From contig JAZSBB010000061.1 in NCBI GenBank assembly GCA_045602185.1, forward strand, positions 1 to 43,670: 43,670 bases of DNA. Reading direction: 5' to 3'. The translations under genes were made by a program, and so were the position numbers. The notes below the pieces were generated by a model. That model had not been told where the DNA came from, did not search any database, and was given only the letters and a program-made list of their open reading frames with translations. The stretch is from Eubacteriales bacterium. Lineage in GTDB: Bacteria; Bacillota; Clostridia; Oscillospirales; CAG-272. The stretch's first letter is position 1, and every line of letters begins with the position of its first letter. Below are positions 8,747 to 17,313 of the stretch, piece by piece.

Positions 8747-10162
8747 CTATTTAACGGTTTCAACCTTTATTGTGTTGGTATTTCCGGCAGGGCCGTTTAT
8801 AAGACCGCCGGTTAAAACAACGTTATCTCCGGCATTAAGCTTTAAAATTTCCTTTGCTTTAATAAGCGCCTCGTAGAACATAACCTCAACGGAACTGTAT
8901 TCCTCGGTAAGAACGGGGGTAACGCCCCAGCTCATATTCAGCTTTCGGAGCGCCCGCTCGCTCGTAGTCATACCGATAATGTCAACGGGGCAGCGGAAAC
9001 GGCTGACCATTCTGGCGGTCTGACCGCTTTTTGAATTTACCACTATGCTTTTTGCGTTAAGGTCAATAGCCATAGCGCAGGTTGCGTGTGAAACGGCGTC
9101 AAGCTTGTTTCTGATTTTAAACTCCGTGGATAAAAACCAGTGCTTATAGTCAATGCCTTTCTCGGTGAACTCGGCAATCTCTGCCATATTCTTTACCGCA
9201 AGAACGGGATATTTTCCCGCAGCGGTTTCACCTGAAAGCATAATTGCAGAAGAGCCGTCATAAACGGCATTGGCAACGTCAGAAATTTCTGCTCTGGTCG
9301 GACGGGGGTTGTTTATCATTGATTCAAGCATTTCGGTTGCGGTAATAACCCGCTTTCCGAGAAGACGGCATTTCTTGATAAGATATTTCTGAACAGAGGG
9401 AACCTCGACAAACGGAATTTCAACACCGAGGTCACCTCTCGCAACCATAATTCCGTCAGCTATATTGCAAATCTCGTCAATGTTATCAACACCGGCTCTG
9501 TTCTCGATTTTTGCGATAATGTCGATATCCTTGCCGCCGTTTTCGTCAAGGAAATTTCGAACCGCACGAATATCGTCCTCGCAGGAAACGAATGAAGCGG
9601 CAACGAAATCAACCTGATTTTCTATACCGAATCTTAAATCAATGCGGTCTTGCTCTCCGAGATATTCCTGCTTAAAGGTTTTATTCGGGAAATTCATACT
9701 TTTTCTGTCGGAAAGCTCTCCGCCGGCAAGAACGGTACAGTGCGCCCGAGTTCCTTCGATGCGCTCGACCTTAAAAATAACCAGTCCGTTATTTAAAAGG
9801 ATAGTATCTCCCACGGCAAGCTCCTCGATAAGATGCGGATAGCTTACCGAAACGATACTGTTATCGCCAACTATATCGTCCGTAGTAAAGGCGAATTTGT
9901 CACCGTCAGAAAGGGTTATTTTTCCGTTCTTAAAGGTTTTAATTCTGTATTCGGGGCCCTTCGTATCAAGCATAATCGCTATCGGAAGCCCGAGCTTTTG
10001 TCTAACCTTTTTTATAAGGTCGATTTTTTCCTTATGGTCGCTGTGCGTTCCGTGGGAAAAGTTAAGCCTTGCAACGTTCATTCCCTCACGGCACATTTTT
10101 GTAAGAATTTCCTCAGTGCTTGAAGCAGGGCCGACCGTGCAAATGATTTTAGTTTTGCGCAT
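8747..10162 (-). CDS. pyk: pyruvate kinase
   Basis: MRKTKIICTVGPAS, NFSHG, MLDTKGPEYR, MVARGDLGVEIP and SGETAAGKYP are canonical pyruvate kinase signatures. Confidence 0.95.
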   Translation of the reverse strand: MRKTKIICTVGPASSTEEILTKMCREGMNVARLNFSHGTHSDHKEKIDLIKKVRQKLGLPIAIMLDTKGPEYRIKTFKNGKITLSDGDKFAFTTDDIVGDNSIVSVSYPHLIEELAVGDTILLNNGLVIFKVERIEGTRAHCTVLAGGELSDRKSMNFPNKTFKQEYLGEQDRIDLRFGIENQVDFVAASFVSCEDDIRAVRNFLDENGGKDIDIIAKIENRAGVDNIDEICNIADGIMVARGDLGVEIPFVEVPSVQKYLIKKCRLLGKRVITATEMLESMINNPRPTRAEISDVANAVYDGSSAIMLSGETAAGKYPVLAVKNMAEIAEFTEKGIDYKHWFLSTEFKIRNKLDAVSHATCAMAIDLNAKSIVVNSKSGQTARMVSRFRCPVDIIGMTTSERALRKLNMSWGVTPVLTEEYSSVEVMFYEALIKAKEILKLNAGDNVVLTGGLINGPAGNTNTIKVETVK

Positions 10163-10341
10163 TACTTATCCTCAGAGCTCTTGGCTCTTTCTTCTCTGTT
10201 CGTAAAATATCCGAGCGCATATATAACGCCTATAATAATACCGGTAACAACGAAAATGCCTATCATACCGAGGCCGGTGTATTTAATTGAAGACCAAAGT
10301 CCTGACGCCCAAAAATTTTCTATAATATCAGTTCTGAACAT
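10162..10341 (-). CDS. OadG-like small membrane subunit of Na+-translocating decarboxylase (59 aa, absent from the ORF track)
   Basis: My own translation is MFRTDIIENFWASGLWSSIKYTGLGMIGIFVVTGIIIGVIYALGYFTNREERAKSSEDK. It has one TM helix with a GLGMIG.F pattern like OadG/GcdC-type gamma subunits. GGAG RBS. The TAA overlaps the pyk ATG (TAATG). It lies directly after oadB. Confidence 0.6.
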   Translation of the reverse strand: MFRTDIIENFWASGLWSSIKYTGLGMIGIFVVTGIIIGVIYALGYFTNREERAKSSEDK

Positions 10342-10365
10342 ATTATTCTCCTTTTTCTCCTTGCG

Positions 10366-11511
10366 TTATACGATAGGCGGAACGAAATTGAGGATAAGAC
10401 CGCCGGCAATTACCGAAGCAATCTGACCTGAAACGTTTATGCCGACAGTGTGCATAAGAAGGAAATTCGAGGGGTCCTCCTCAAGTCCGAGCTTGTGAAC
10501 GACACGGCTTGACATAGGGAAGGCAGAAATTCCGGCAGCGCCTATCATAGGATTGATTTTCTTTTTTGAGAAAAGGTTTATGAGCTTTGCGAAAAGAACG
10601 CCGCCCATAGTATCGAAAATGAAAGCAAAAAGTCCAAGACCGATAATAAGAAGAGTCGTCCAGTTAATGAACTTGTCGGCAGTCATCTGAACCGAAACGG
10701 TTATTCCAAGGAATATCGTTATAATATTTGCGAGAACCTTCTGCGCAGTTTCCGAAAGCGATTCAAGCACTCCGCACGCACGAATGAGGTTTCCGAACAT
10801 AAGGAATCCGACCAGCGCAACCGACTGAGGAGCAAAAAGACCAGCAACGATAGTAACTATAATGGGGAAAAGTATCTTGGTTATCTTCTTAACCGGCTTG
10901 CCGGTATAGGTCATTTTAATCTGGCGTTCCTTTTTAGTAGTAACAAGCTTTATAATGGGGGGCTGAATAACCGGAACGAGAGCCATATAAGAGTATGCGG
11001 CAACCATAATAGCACCGGTAATATTAGAGTTCGGGCCAAGAAGAGTATTTGCAACGAAAATTGCCGTGGGGCCGTCAGCTGCTCCGATAATTCCTATTGA
11101 AGCCGCCTCTTGAAGGGGGAAGAAAAACGATGCAAGTATCATAGTAATGAAAATACCCGACTGAGCAGCAGCACCGAAAAGCAAAAGCTTCGGGTTCGTC
11201 AGCAGCGGCTCAAAATCAATCATAGCGCCAATGCCGATAAAGAGTAGTAGAGGGAATAGCTCGTTTGCGATACCGGCGTTAAAAAGCACCGATAGCGGTC
11301 CCTCAACCTCTATTCCTTCAACCACCTGCGTTATAGCACCGGAGAAGGGAAGGTTTACGAGTATTGTTCCGAATCCCATAGGTAAAAGGAGCGTAGGCTC
11401 CATATTTTTCGATATGGCGAGGTAAATAAGCAATCCGCCGATTGCCCACATAATTACCATTTTGAAATTAATTTCGGCAAAATTTTCAAAGATTGAAATT
11501 AATTCCGTCAT
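10366..11511 (-). CDS. oadB: sodium-ion-translocating decarboxylase beta subunit (OadB/GcdB/MmdB family)
   Basis: 381-aa polytopic membrane protein. The N-terminus (MVIMWAIGGLLIYLAI..EPTLLLPMGFG) and the GAADGPTAIF segment are typical of the beta subunit family. Confidence 0.85.
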   Translation of the reverse strand: MTELISIFENFAEINFKMVIMWAIGGLLIYLAISKNMEPTLLLPMGFGTILVNLPFSGAITQVVEGIEVEGPLSVLFNAGIANELFPLLLFIGIGAMIDFEPLLTNPKLLLFGAAAQSGIFITMILASFFFPLQEAASIGIIGAADGPTAIFVANTLLGPNSNITGAIMVAAYSYMALVPVIQPPIIKLVTTKKERQIKMTYTGKPVKKITKILFPIIVTIVAGLFAPQSVALVGFLMFGNLIRACGVLESLSETAQKVLANIITIFLGITVSVQMTADKFINWTTLLIIGLGLFAFIFDTMGGVLFAKLINLFSKKKINPMIGAAGISAFPMSSRVVHKLGLEEDPSNFLLMHTVGINVSGQIASVIAGGLILNFVPPIV

Positions 11512-11616
11512 TTTAATGTCCTTTCAGTAAAAACTCAAAAAAATTCAATCTACAGTTTGAGAGCAGAGTAAACCGCTTTTCGTTGATTACTCTGCTCAAA
11601 GTCCTATTACGACTGA

Positions 11617-12810
11617 TTACTCAGTGGTATAATTATCGAAATATCCCTGAATGAAAACTATAGGCGTACCCTTATCACCGGAGCCTGACGTAAGGTCGCA
11701 AAGTGAGCCAATGAGGTCGGTAAGCCTACGGGGAGTCGTACCCTCGGAAGCCATCTGACCGAAAAGATCTCCGTCTTTTTCAGTGATTTTAGCTTTTATA
11801 GCATTTTGAAGCTCGTCACCCGAAAGATTTGCAAAATCGTTATCCGCAAGGTATTTGAGCTTTAATTCGTTAGGAGTACCCTCGAGTCCCTTCGTGTAAG
11901 CAGGGGAAACTACCGGGTCGGCAAGCTCCCAAATCTTACCAACGGGGTCTTTGAACGCTCCGTCACCGTAAACCATAACCTCAACATTCTTGCCGGTTGC
12001 CTTGTATATGCGGTCAGCGATAGCGTCAACTATGGGCTGACAATTGCGGGGGAAAAGCTTAACCTTGTCCTCGGTAGCCTTGTTAGAGCCAAGAAGACCG
12101 TAGCTTTCGTTATATCCGCTGCCGTTGACGGAAGCGTTAAGGATTTCGTCAAGTCCGAAAACCTTCTCAGCGCCCGAAGCTTTAAGAATACGCTTAGTTC
12201 TGGCTCTCGTGTGAATATCACAAGATATAACGTTTTTCGTATATGAAAGGATAGCTCTGGGGTCGTTAGCGAAAATAATTTCCGCCTCAGCTCCGGATTC
12301 CTTAATCAGTGTCTCGTAGTATTCGACGTAGTCAACGCCGGTAAAGCGGTGCTTTTCATAACCGAAAAGCTCACGGTACTTAGGAACGTCAAGCACGTCT
12401 TTGTAAGGGTCAACACCCTTTTCGTCAAGCGCATCAAGACTTATAAGATGGTTTCCAACCTCGTCTGAGGGGTAGGAAAGCATAATGATAACCTTTTTTG
12501 CGCCCTTTGCAATACCTCTGAGGCAGATTGCAAATCTGTTACGGCTGAGTATAGGGAAAATAACTCCCACCGTGCCGCCGCCAAGCTTCGTCTTAACGTC
12601 AGCTGCGATATCGTCAACGGTTGCGTAGTTACCCTGCGCTCTTGCAACGATTGCCTCCGTCATAGCTATAATATCACGGTCACGAATCTGAAAACCTTCA
12701 TCTTCTGCTGCTTCAAGAACGGAGCTGGTAACGATTTCAACGATGTCATCTCCTTCTCTGATAATGGGCGCGCGAACACCTCTGGAAACTGTACCGACCT
12801 TGCGGCTCAT
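11617..12810 (-). CDS. CofE-like (F420-0:gamma-glutamyl ligase family) protein
   Basis: The N-terminal GVRAPIIREGDDIVEIV and AMTEAIVARAQG resemble the CofE motifs (PLIKEGDDL / STVISKAEG). The ATG at 12810 has an AAAGGAG RBS. The track start at 12834 is a TTG without an RBS. Confidence 0.5.
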   Translation of the reverse strand: MSRKVGTVSRGVRAPIIREGDDIVEIVTSSVLEAAEDEGFQIRDRDIIAMTEAIVARAQGNYATVDDIAADVKTKLGGGTVGVIFPILSRNRFAICLRGIAKGAKKVIIMLSYPSDEVGNHLISLDALDEKGVDPYKDVLDVPKYRELFGYEKHRFTGVDYVEYYETLIKESGAEAEIIFANDPRAILSYTKNVISCDIHTRARTKRILKASGAEKVFGLDEILNASVNGSGYNESYGLLGSNKATEDKVKLFPRNCQPIVDAIADRIYKATGKNVEVMVYGDGAFKDPVGKIWELADPVVSPAYTKGLEGTPNELKLKYLADNDFANLSGDELQNAIKAKITEKDGDLFGQMASEGTTPRRLTDLIGSLCDLTSGSGDKGTPIVFIQGYFDNYTTE

Positions 12811-13007
12811 ATATATCACTCCTTTGTAGCTCAAAAGTAAATGAGCTAAAATAATTTACCACCATAGTATTATAGCAGAAAAATATATAATTGTAAAGTC
12901 ATTTGGACAAAAAAAATAAAAAAAACTGCAAAAATAAAATGTGAGTAAGTATTGAAATCTTGACGCAAAGGTGCTAGAATAATAATAGTATATTTAAAGG
13001 AGTAATT

Positions 13008-13796
13008 ATGAAATTCGGAATGCCTACCCTCGTTGAATGCGGGGATATTTATGAATGTATAGACGTTGCAAAGAAAAACGGTCTTGATTTTGTTGAAATA
13101 AATCTAAGCTTTCCTCAGTATTTGCCGGAATCACTCTCCATAGATAAGTTAAAATCCGTTATGCGTGAGAGAAACGTGTTTTTCACAATACACGCAGACG
13201 AGCAGCTCAATCCGTTTGATTTTAATAAGGACGTGTCCGAATGCTATTTTGAGGTTATGAGAAAGAGCATAAGGTTTGCTCTTAACCTCGATATCCCCGT
13301 AATAAATATGCACCTTTTGAAAGGCGTATATGTAACTCTGCCGGGAAAAGTAATTCTTCTGACAGACGTTTACGCCGAGCAGTATTTTGAAAGGGTTAAA
13401 GAATTTATAGCTATGTGCGAGGCCGAGATAGGCGGAGCCGAGCTTAAAATATGCATAGAAAACGTAGATAGCAATCCTTTTACGGAAAGTCAGATTGAAG
13501 CGCTGAAGCTTTTTATGAAAAGCCCTGTATTTGCACTCACGCTTGACGTTGGGCACGAGCTGTGCCTCGGAATGAAGGATAGCTTTGTTTTTGAAAGGTA
13601 TCCGGAAAAGCTAAGGCATCTTCATCTTCACGATTGCGATGGAAAAAAACCTCATCTTGCGCTTGGTGACGGCATTATAGATATCGAGAACAAGCTATCG
13701 GAATTTCACGGAGCGACTTGTCTTGTAGAGGTCAAAACCGTAGAGGGACTCGAAAAAAGCTCCGCATACCTCAAAGAGAAAGGATATATCGGTTGA
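13008..13796 (+). CDS. sugar phosphate isomerase/epimerase (xylose-isomerase-like TIM barrel)
   Basis: GLDFVEI, the IENV Glu motif, and the LTLDVGHE and HLHLHD metal-ligand motifs of the AP-endonuclease-2/xylose-isomerase-like TIM family. AAGGAG RBS. Confidence 0.7.
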   Translation: MKFGMPTLVECGDIYECIDVAKKNGLDFVEINLSFPQYLPESLSIDKLKSVMRERNVFFTIHADEQLNPFDFNKDVSECYFEVMRKSIRFALNLDIPVINMHLLKGVYVTLPGKVILLTDVYAEQYFERVKEFIAMCEAEIGGAELKICIENVDSNPFTESQIEALKLFMKSPVFALTLDVGHELCLGMKDSFVFERYPEKLRHLHLHDCDGKKPHLALGDGIIDIENKLSEFHGATCLVEVKTVEGLEKSSAYLKEKGYIG

Positions 13797-13799
13797 GTT

Positions 13800-14387
13800 A
13801 TGAGCGCAAAGGATAAATTTATAGAGATTTACAAGAGAGATATAAAAAGGGAAGGTGCTGATAAGCTTCTCGAATATCTTCTCTCATCGGATTTTTTTAC
13901 GGCACCGGCGTCAGCTCGCTTTCACTGCTCCTATGAAGGAGGGCTTTGTGAGCATTCGCTCAACGTCTACGATTGCCTAAAAAGCTATCTTTCTATGCCG
14001 AGAACAATGGAAATAATGGGCACCTCGTATAATGACGAAAGCATAGCGATAGTCGCCTTGCTTCACGACTTGTGCAAGATAGGAGTATATAAAAAAGGCT
14101 TCCGCAACGTAAAAAACGAGCAAGGCTCCTGGCAAAGAGTCGATACGTTTGAGTACGAGGATAAGCTTCCTTACGGACACGGCGAAAAAAGCGTCTATAT
14201 AGCGTCCGGATATATAAAATTGACGAGGGAAGAAGCCTTCGCAATTCGCTATCATATGGGTTATTCCTCACAAACCGAGGACCCGAGAAATGTTTCCGCC
14301 GCCTTCGAGATGTTTCCTCTTGCGTTCGCTCTCTCAACTGCGGACAGTGAGGCAACCTACTTTATAGAGGGAAAAAAGGAAAAATAA
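13800..14387 (+). CDS. HD-domain phosphohydrolase
   Basis: FHCSYEGGLCEHSL and ALLHDLCK (H..HD metal motif). Starts 3 nt after the preceding stop. Confidence 0.7.
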   Translation: MSAKDKFIEIYKRDIKREGADKLLEYLLSSDFFTAPASARFHCSYEGGLCEHSLNVYDCLKSYLSMPRTMEIMGTSYNDESIAIVALLHDLCKIGVYKKGFRNVKNEQGSWQRVDTFEYEDKLPYGHGEKSVYIASGYIKLTREEAFAIRYHMGYSSQTEDPRNVSAAFEMFPLAFALSTADSEATYFIEGKKEK

Positions 14388-14471
14388 AATAGAAATAATA
14401 ATTGCCGTTTACGCGACCATCCAACAGGGCGTTTTCGTCAAAAACCAAATAAAAACAAAGCGACAGAAAAA

Positions 14472-14512
14472 GGACAGAGAAAATTTTGACGTTTCTCTGT
14501 CCTTGTTTTTTT
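14472..14512. terminator. bidirectional rho-independent terminator
   Basis: GGACAGAGAAA (14472-14482) pairs perfectly with TTTCTCTGTCC (14492-14502). A T-run follows (14506-14512) and an A-run precedes, between convergent genes. Confidence 0.75.
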
Positions 14513-14519
14513 CTTTAAC

Positions 14520-15440
14520 TTAGAATAAATCGGTTGAAAGATATCGGCTTCCGGTATCGGGAAGAACCGTAACTATCGTTTTGCCCGATTCCTTTTTTGC
14601 CAGTGCAACGGACGCCGCAACCGCAGCACCGGAGGAAATGCCGACCAGCAAACCCTCGCACCGTGCAAGAAGTCTTGCCATTTCGTAAGCCTCGTCTTCG
14701 GTGACCGTTATAACCTCATCATAAATTTCGGGATTGAGATTTTCGGGAACAAACCCTGCGCCAATGCCTTGAATGCCGTGCTTGCCCGAGCGCCCCTCAG
14801 AAAGAACGGGCGAATTTTTCGGCTCGACCGCAACTACCTTGACGGAGGGATTTTTTTCTTTGATATATCTGCCTGTACCCGAAAGAGTTCCGCCGGTTCC
14901 AACACCCGCAACGAAATAATCAAGATTACCTGAGGTAGCCCCGTATATTTCAGGGCCGGTGGTTTCATAGTGCGCCTGCGGATTTGCGGGATTGTAAAAC
15001 TGCCCGGCAATTATGCTGTTGGGTATTGCTTTGTTGATTTCTTCCGCTTTGGCAATAGAGGCTGACATTCCGAGAGTGCCTTCGGTTAGCACTACCTCTG
15101 CGCCGTAAGCCTCCATAAGCTTTATGCGTTCTCTTGACATAGTGTCGGGCATAACTATAATCGCCTTATATCCTCTTAAAGCGCAAATTGCCGCAATTCC
15201 TATACCCGTGTTACCGGAAGTGGGCTCTATTATTACGGAATTTTCTTTTAAGACTCCTTTTTTTTCTGCATCGTTTATCATATAAAGAGCAGCCCTATCC
15301 TTAATTGAACCGGCGGGATTATAGAATTCAAGCTTTGCAAGTATATTAGACGAAAGTCCGAGCTTTTCCGTCAATCTATCAAGTGAGAGCAGAGGAGTGT
15401 TACCTATAAGTTCTTCGGCACTATGATAAATATTAGCCAT
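14520..15440 (-). CDS. cysK: cysteine synthase A (O-acetylserine sulfhydrylase)
   Basis: GNTPL, the PLP-lysine motif NPAGSIKDR, TSGNTGIG and GVGTGGTLSG are canonical CysK signatures. Confidence 0.9.
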   Translation of the reverse strand: MANIYHSAEELIGNTPLLSLDRLTEKLGLSSNILAKLEFYNPAGSIKDRAALYMINDAEKKGVLKENSVIIEPTSGNTGIGIAAICALRGYKAIIVMPDTMSRERIKLMEAYGAEVVLTEGTLGMSASIAKAEEINKAIPNSIIAGQFYNPANPQAHYETTGPEIYGATSGNLDYFVAGVGTGGTLSGTGRYIKEKNPSVKVVAVEPKNSPVLSEGRSGKHGIQGIGAGFVPENLNPEIYDEVITVTEDEAYEMARLLARCEGLLVGISSGAAVAASVALAKKESGKTIVTVLPDTGSRYLSTDLF

Positions 15441-15477
15441 TTTTGTTACCTATTACCTTTTTTAAAATAAAGCTTAG

Positions 15478-15506
15478 AAAACGGGCATTTGTTATCTGCC
15501 CGTTTT
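15478..15506 (-). terminator. rho-independent terminator of the hydrogenase operon
   Basis: AAAACGGGCA (15478-15487) pairs with TGCCCGTTTT (15497-15506). It lies 30 nt downstream of the hydA stop, with U-tracts on both strands. Confidence 0.7.
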
Positions 15507-15537
15507 CCTTTTAGTTTATCAAAATAATTTAAGATTA

Positions 15538-17295
15538 TTACTTAACGTTCTCAAATCTCTTACGAGCTACGTATGAGGTGTGCAGAGTATGGTGAGCCTT
15601 GTGGCAACCGTAACCGCCCTTAAAGTAGTTATCGTAAACCTCTTTGATAATGGGGTTGAGATGAGATTTTCTCATAACCATAGCTTCGTCCTGGTCGTAA
15701 AGAGCCTTAGCTCTAACTGCCTTGAGGTCTACGGTATCACGACCGTACTGAGGCTGAATAGGCTGCCCCCCGCCGTTTACACAGCCGCCGGGGCAACCCA
15801 TTATTTCAACGAAGGTCCAGTCAGCTTCGCCGGAGGCAATCTTGTCCATAACCTTCTTTGCGTTGGAAGCGCCGGAAGCAACGCAAACCTTAATATCCAT
15901 TCCTGCGATATTATAGGTAGCTTCCTTAATTCCGTCAGTTCCTCTTACCTCAGAGAAAACAAGTTCCTTGTTGTCCTTGCCGGTAAGAAGGTCATTAGCG
16001 GTTCTGAGAGCCGCCTCCATAACGCCTCCGGTTGCGCCGAATATAACGGCAGCGCCGGTGTCGATACCGAGAGTATTATCAAATTCCTCATCGGGCAGAG
16101 AGGTAAACTTGATAGCCGCTCTGTTTATCATTCTGGCAAGCTCACGGGTAGTGAGAGCTACGTCAACGTCAGGAATACCTTTTCCCGCTGCGGACATATC
16201 GTCTCTGCCTACCTCAAATTTCTTAGCGGTGCAGGGCATAATAGAAACTACGAAAATATCCTTGGGGTCGTAACCCATCTTTTCAGCCCAATAGGTCTTA
16301 ATAAGAGCTCCGCTCATCTGCTGAGGAGATTTGCAGGAGGAAAGGTGACCGATATGCTCAGGATAGTAGTATTCGCAGAACTTAACCCAACCGGGTGAGC
16401 AAGAGGTAATCATAGGAAGCGTCCCGCCGTTCTTAACTCTCTCAAGAAGCTCGGTTGCTTCTTCAACGATGGTGAAGTCTGCTGCGGTGTTGGTATCGAA
16501 TACCTTTTCAAATCCAAGTCTTCTGAGTGCGGCAACCATCTTGCCCTCAACGTTCGTTCCGATAGGCATATCAAAGCATTCGCCGAGTGTTGCTCTGATA
16601 GAAGGAGCAGTCTGAACTACTACGTGCTTTGTGGGGTCCGCAAGAGCAGCCCAAACCTTATCGGTATCGTCACGCTCAACGAGAGCGCCGGTAGGACAAA
16701 CGGCAGTACACTGACCGCAGGAAATACAGGGAGTCTCGGAAAGGGGAAGGTCGAACGCCTGACCGATGCAGGTGTCAATACCTCTGTTGTTAGCTCCGAT
16801 AACCGCAACGTGCTGTTCGTTACAAACTGCAACGCATCTGCGGCAAAGGATACACTTGTTGTTATCTCTTACGAGGTGAGGGGTAGAGTAGTCAAGCTCA
16901 TATACGGGCTTGAAGCCGTCAAACGCATTGGAATCAACTCCGTACTCAAGGCAAAGCTTCTGAAGCTCGCAGTTCGTAGAACGGGAGCAGGAGAGGCAGT
17001 TTTTGTCGTGAGTGGAGAGGATAAGCTCAAGAGTCGTTTTTCTTGCAGCTCTTACCTTGGGAGTGTTGGTGCTGATTTCCATACCCTCGGTAACTGGATA
17101 AACGCAAGCGGTAACAAGACCGCGTGCGCCGGTTGCTTCAACAACGCATATACGGCAAGCACCTATTTCATTTTTTTCTTTCATATAGCAGAGGGTAGGA
17201 ATTTCTACACCTGCTTTGCGGGCAGCCTCTAAAATAGTTGCGCCCTTGGGCACGCTTACTGCGATACCGTTAACTTTTACGTTTAACATTTCCAT
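15538..17295 (-). CDS. hydA: [FeFe]-hydrogenase catalytic subunit, multi-domain NuoG-like type (bifurcating HydABC class)
   Basis: N-terminal 2Fe-2S and His-ligated/4Fe-4S ferredoxin domains. H-cluster motifs TSCSPGW, MPCTAKKFE and EIMGCPGGCVNGGGQP. Confidence 0.92.
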   Translation of the reverse strand: MEMLNVKVNGIAVSVPKGATILEAARKAGVEIPTLCYMKEKNEIGACRICVVEATGARGLVTACVYPVTEGMEISTNTPKVRAARKTTLELILSTHDKNCLSCSRSTNCELQKLCLEYGVDSNAFDGFKPVYELDYSTPHLVRDNNKCILCRRCVAVCNEQHVAVIGANNRGIDTCIGQAFDLPLSETPCISCGQCTAVCPTGALVERDDTDKVWAALADPTKHVVVQTAPSIRATLGECFDMPIGTNVEGKMVAALRRLGFEKVFDTNTAADFTIVEEATELLERVKNGGTLPMITSCSPGWVKFCEYYYPEHIGHLSSCKSPQQMSGALIKTYWAEKMGYDPKDIFVVSIMPCTAKKFEVGRDDMSAAGKGIPDVDVALTTRELARMINRAAIKFTSLPDEEFDNTLGIDTGAAVIFGATGGVMEAALRTANDLLTGKDNKELVFSEVRGTDGIKEATYNIAGMDIKVCVASGASNAKKVMDKIASGEADWTFVEIMGCPGGCVNGGGQPIQPQYGRDTVDLKAVRAKALYDQDEAMVMRKSHLNPIIKEVYDNYFKGGYGCHKAHHTLHTSYVARKRFENVK

Positions 17296-17313
17296 ATCAG
17301 CGTACTCCTTTCA

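Noticed and set aside
16380-16420. The HydA L1 motif reads TSCSPGW instead of the textbook TSCCPxW, which could suggest a defective catalytic subunit
   Set aside because: As I recall, the published P1 signature for [FeFe]-hydrogenases allows C or S at this position, and multi-domain NADH-linked enzymes carry TSCSP. All other H-cluster motifs are intact. This is worth confirming in an alignment but is not evidence of inactivation.
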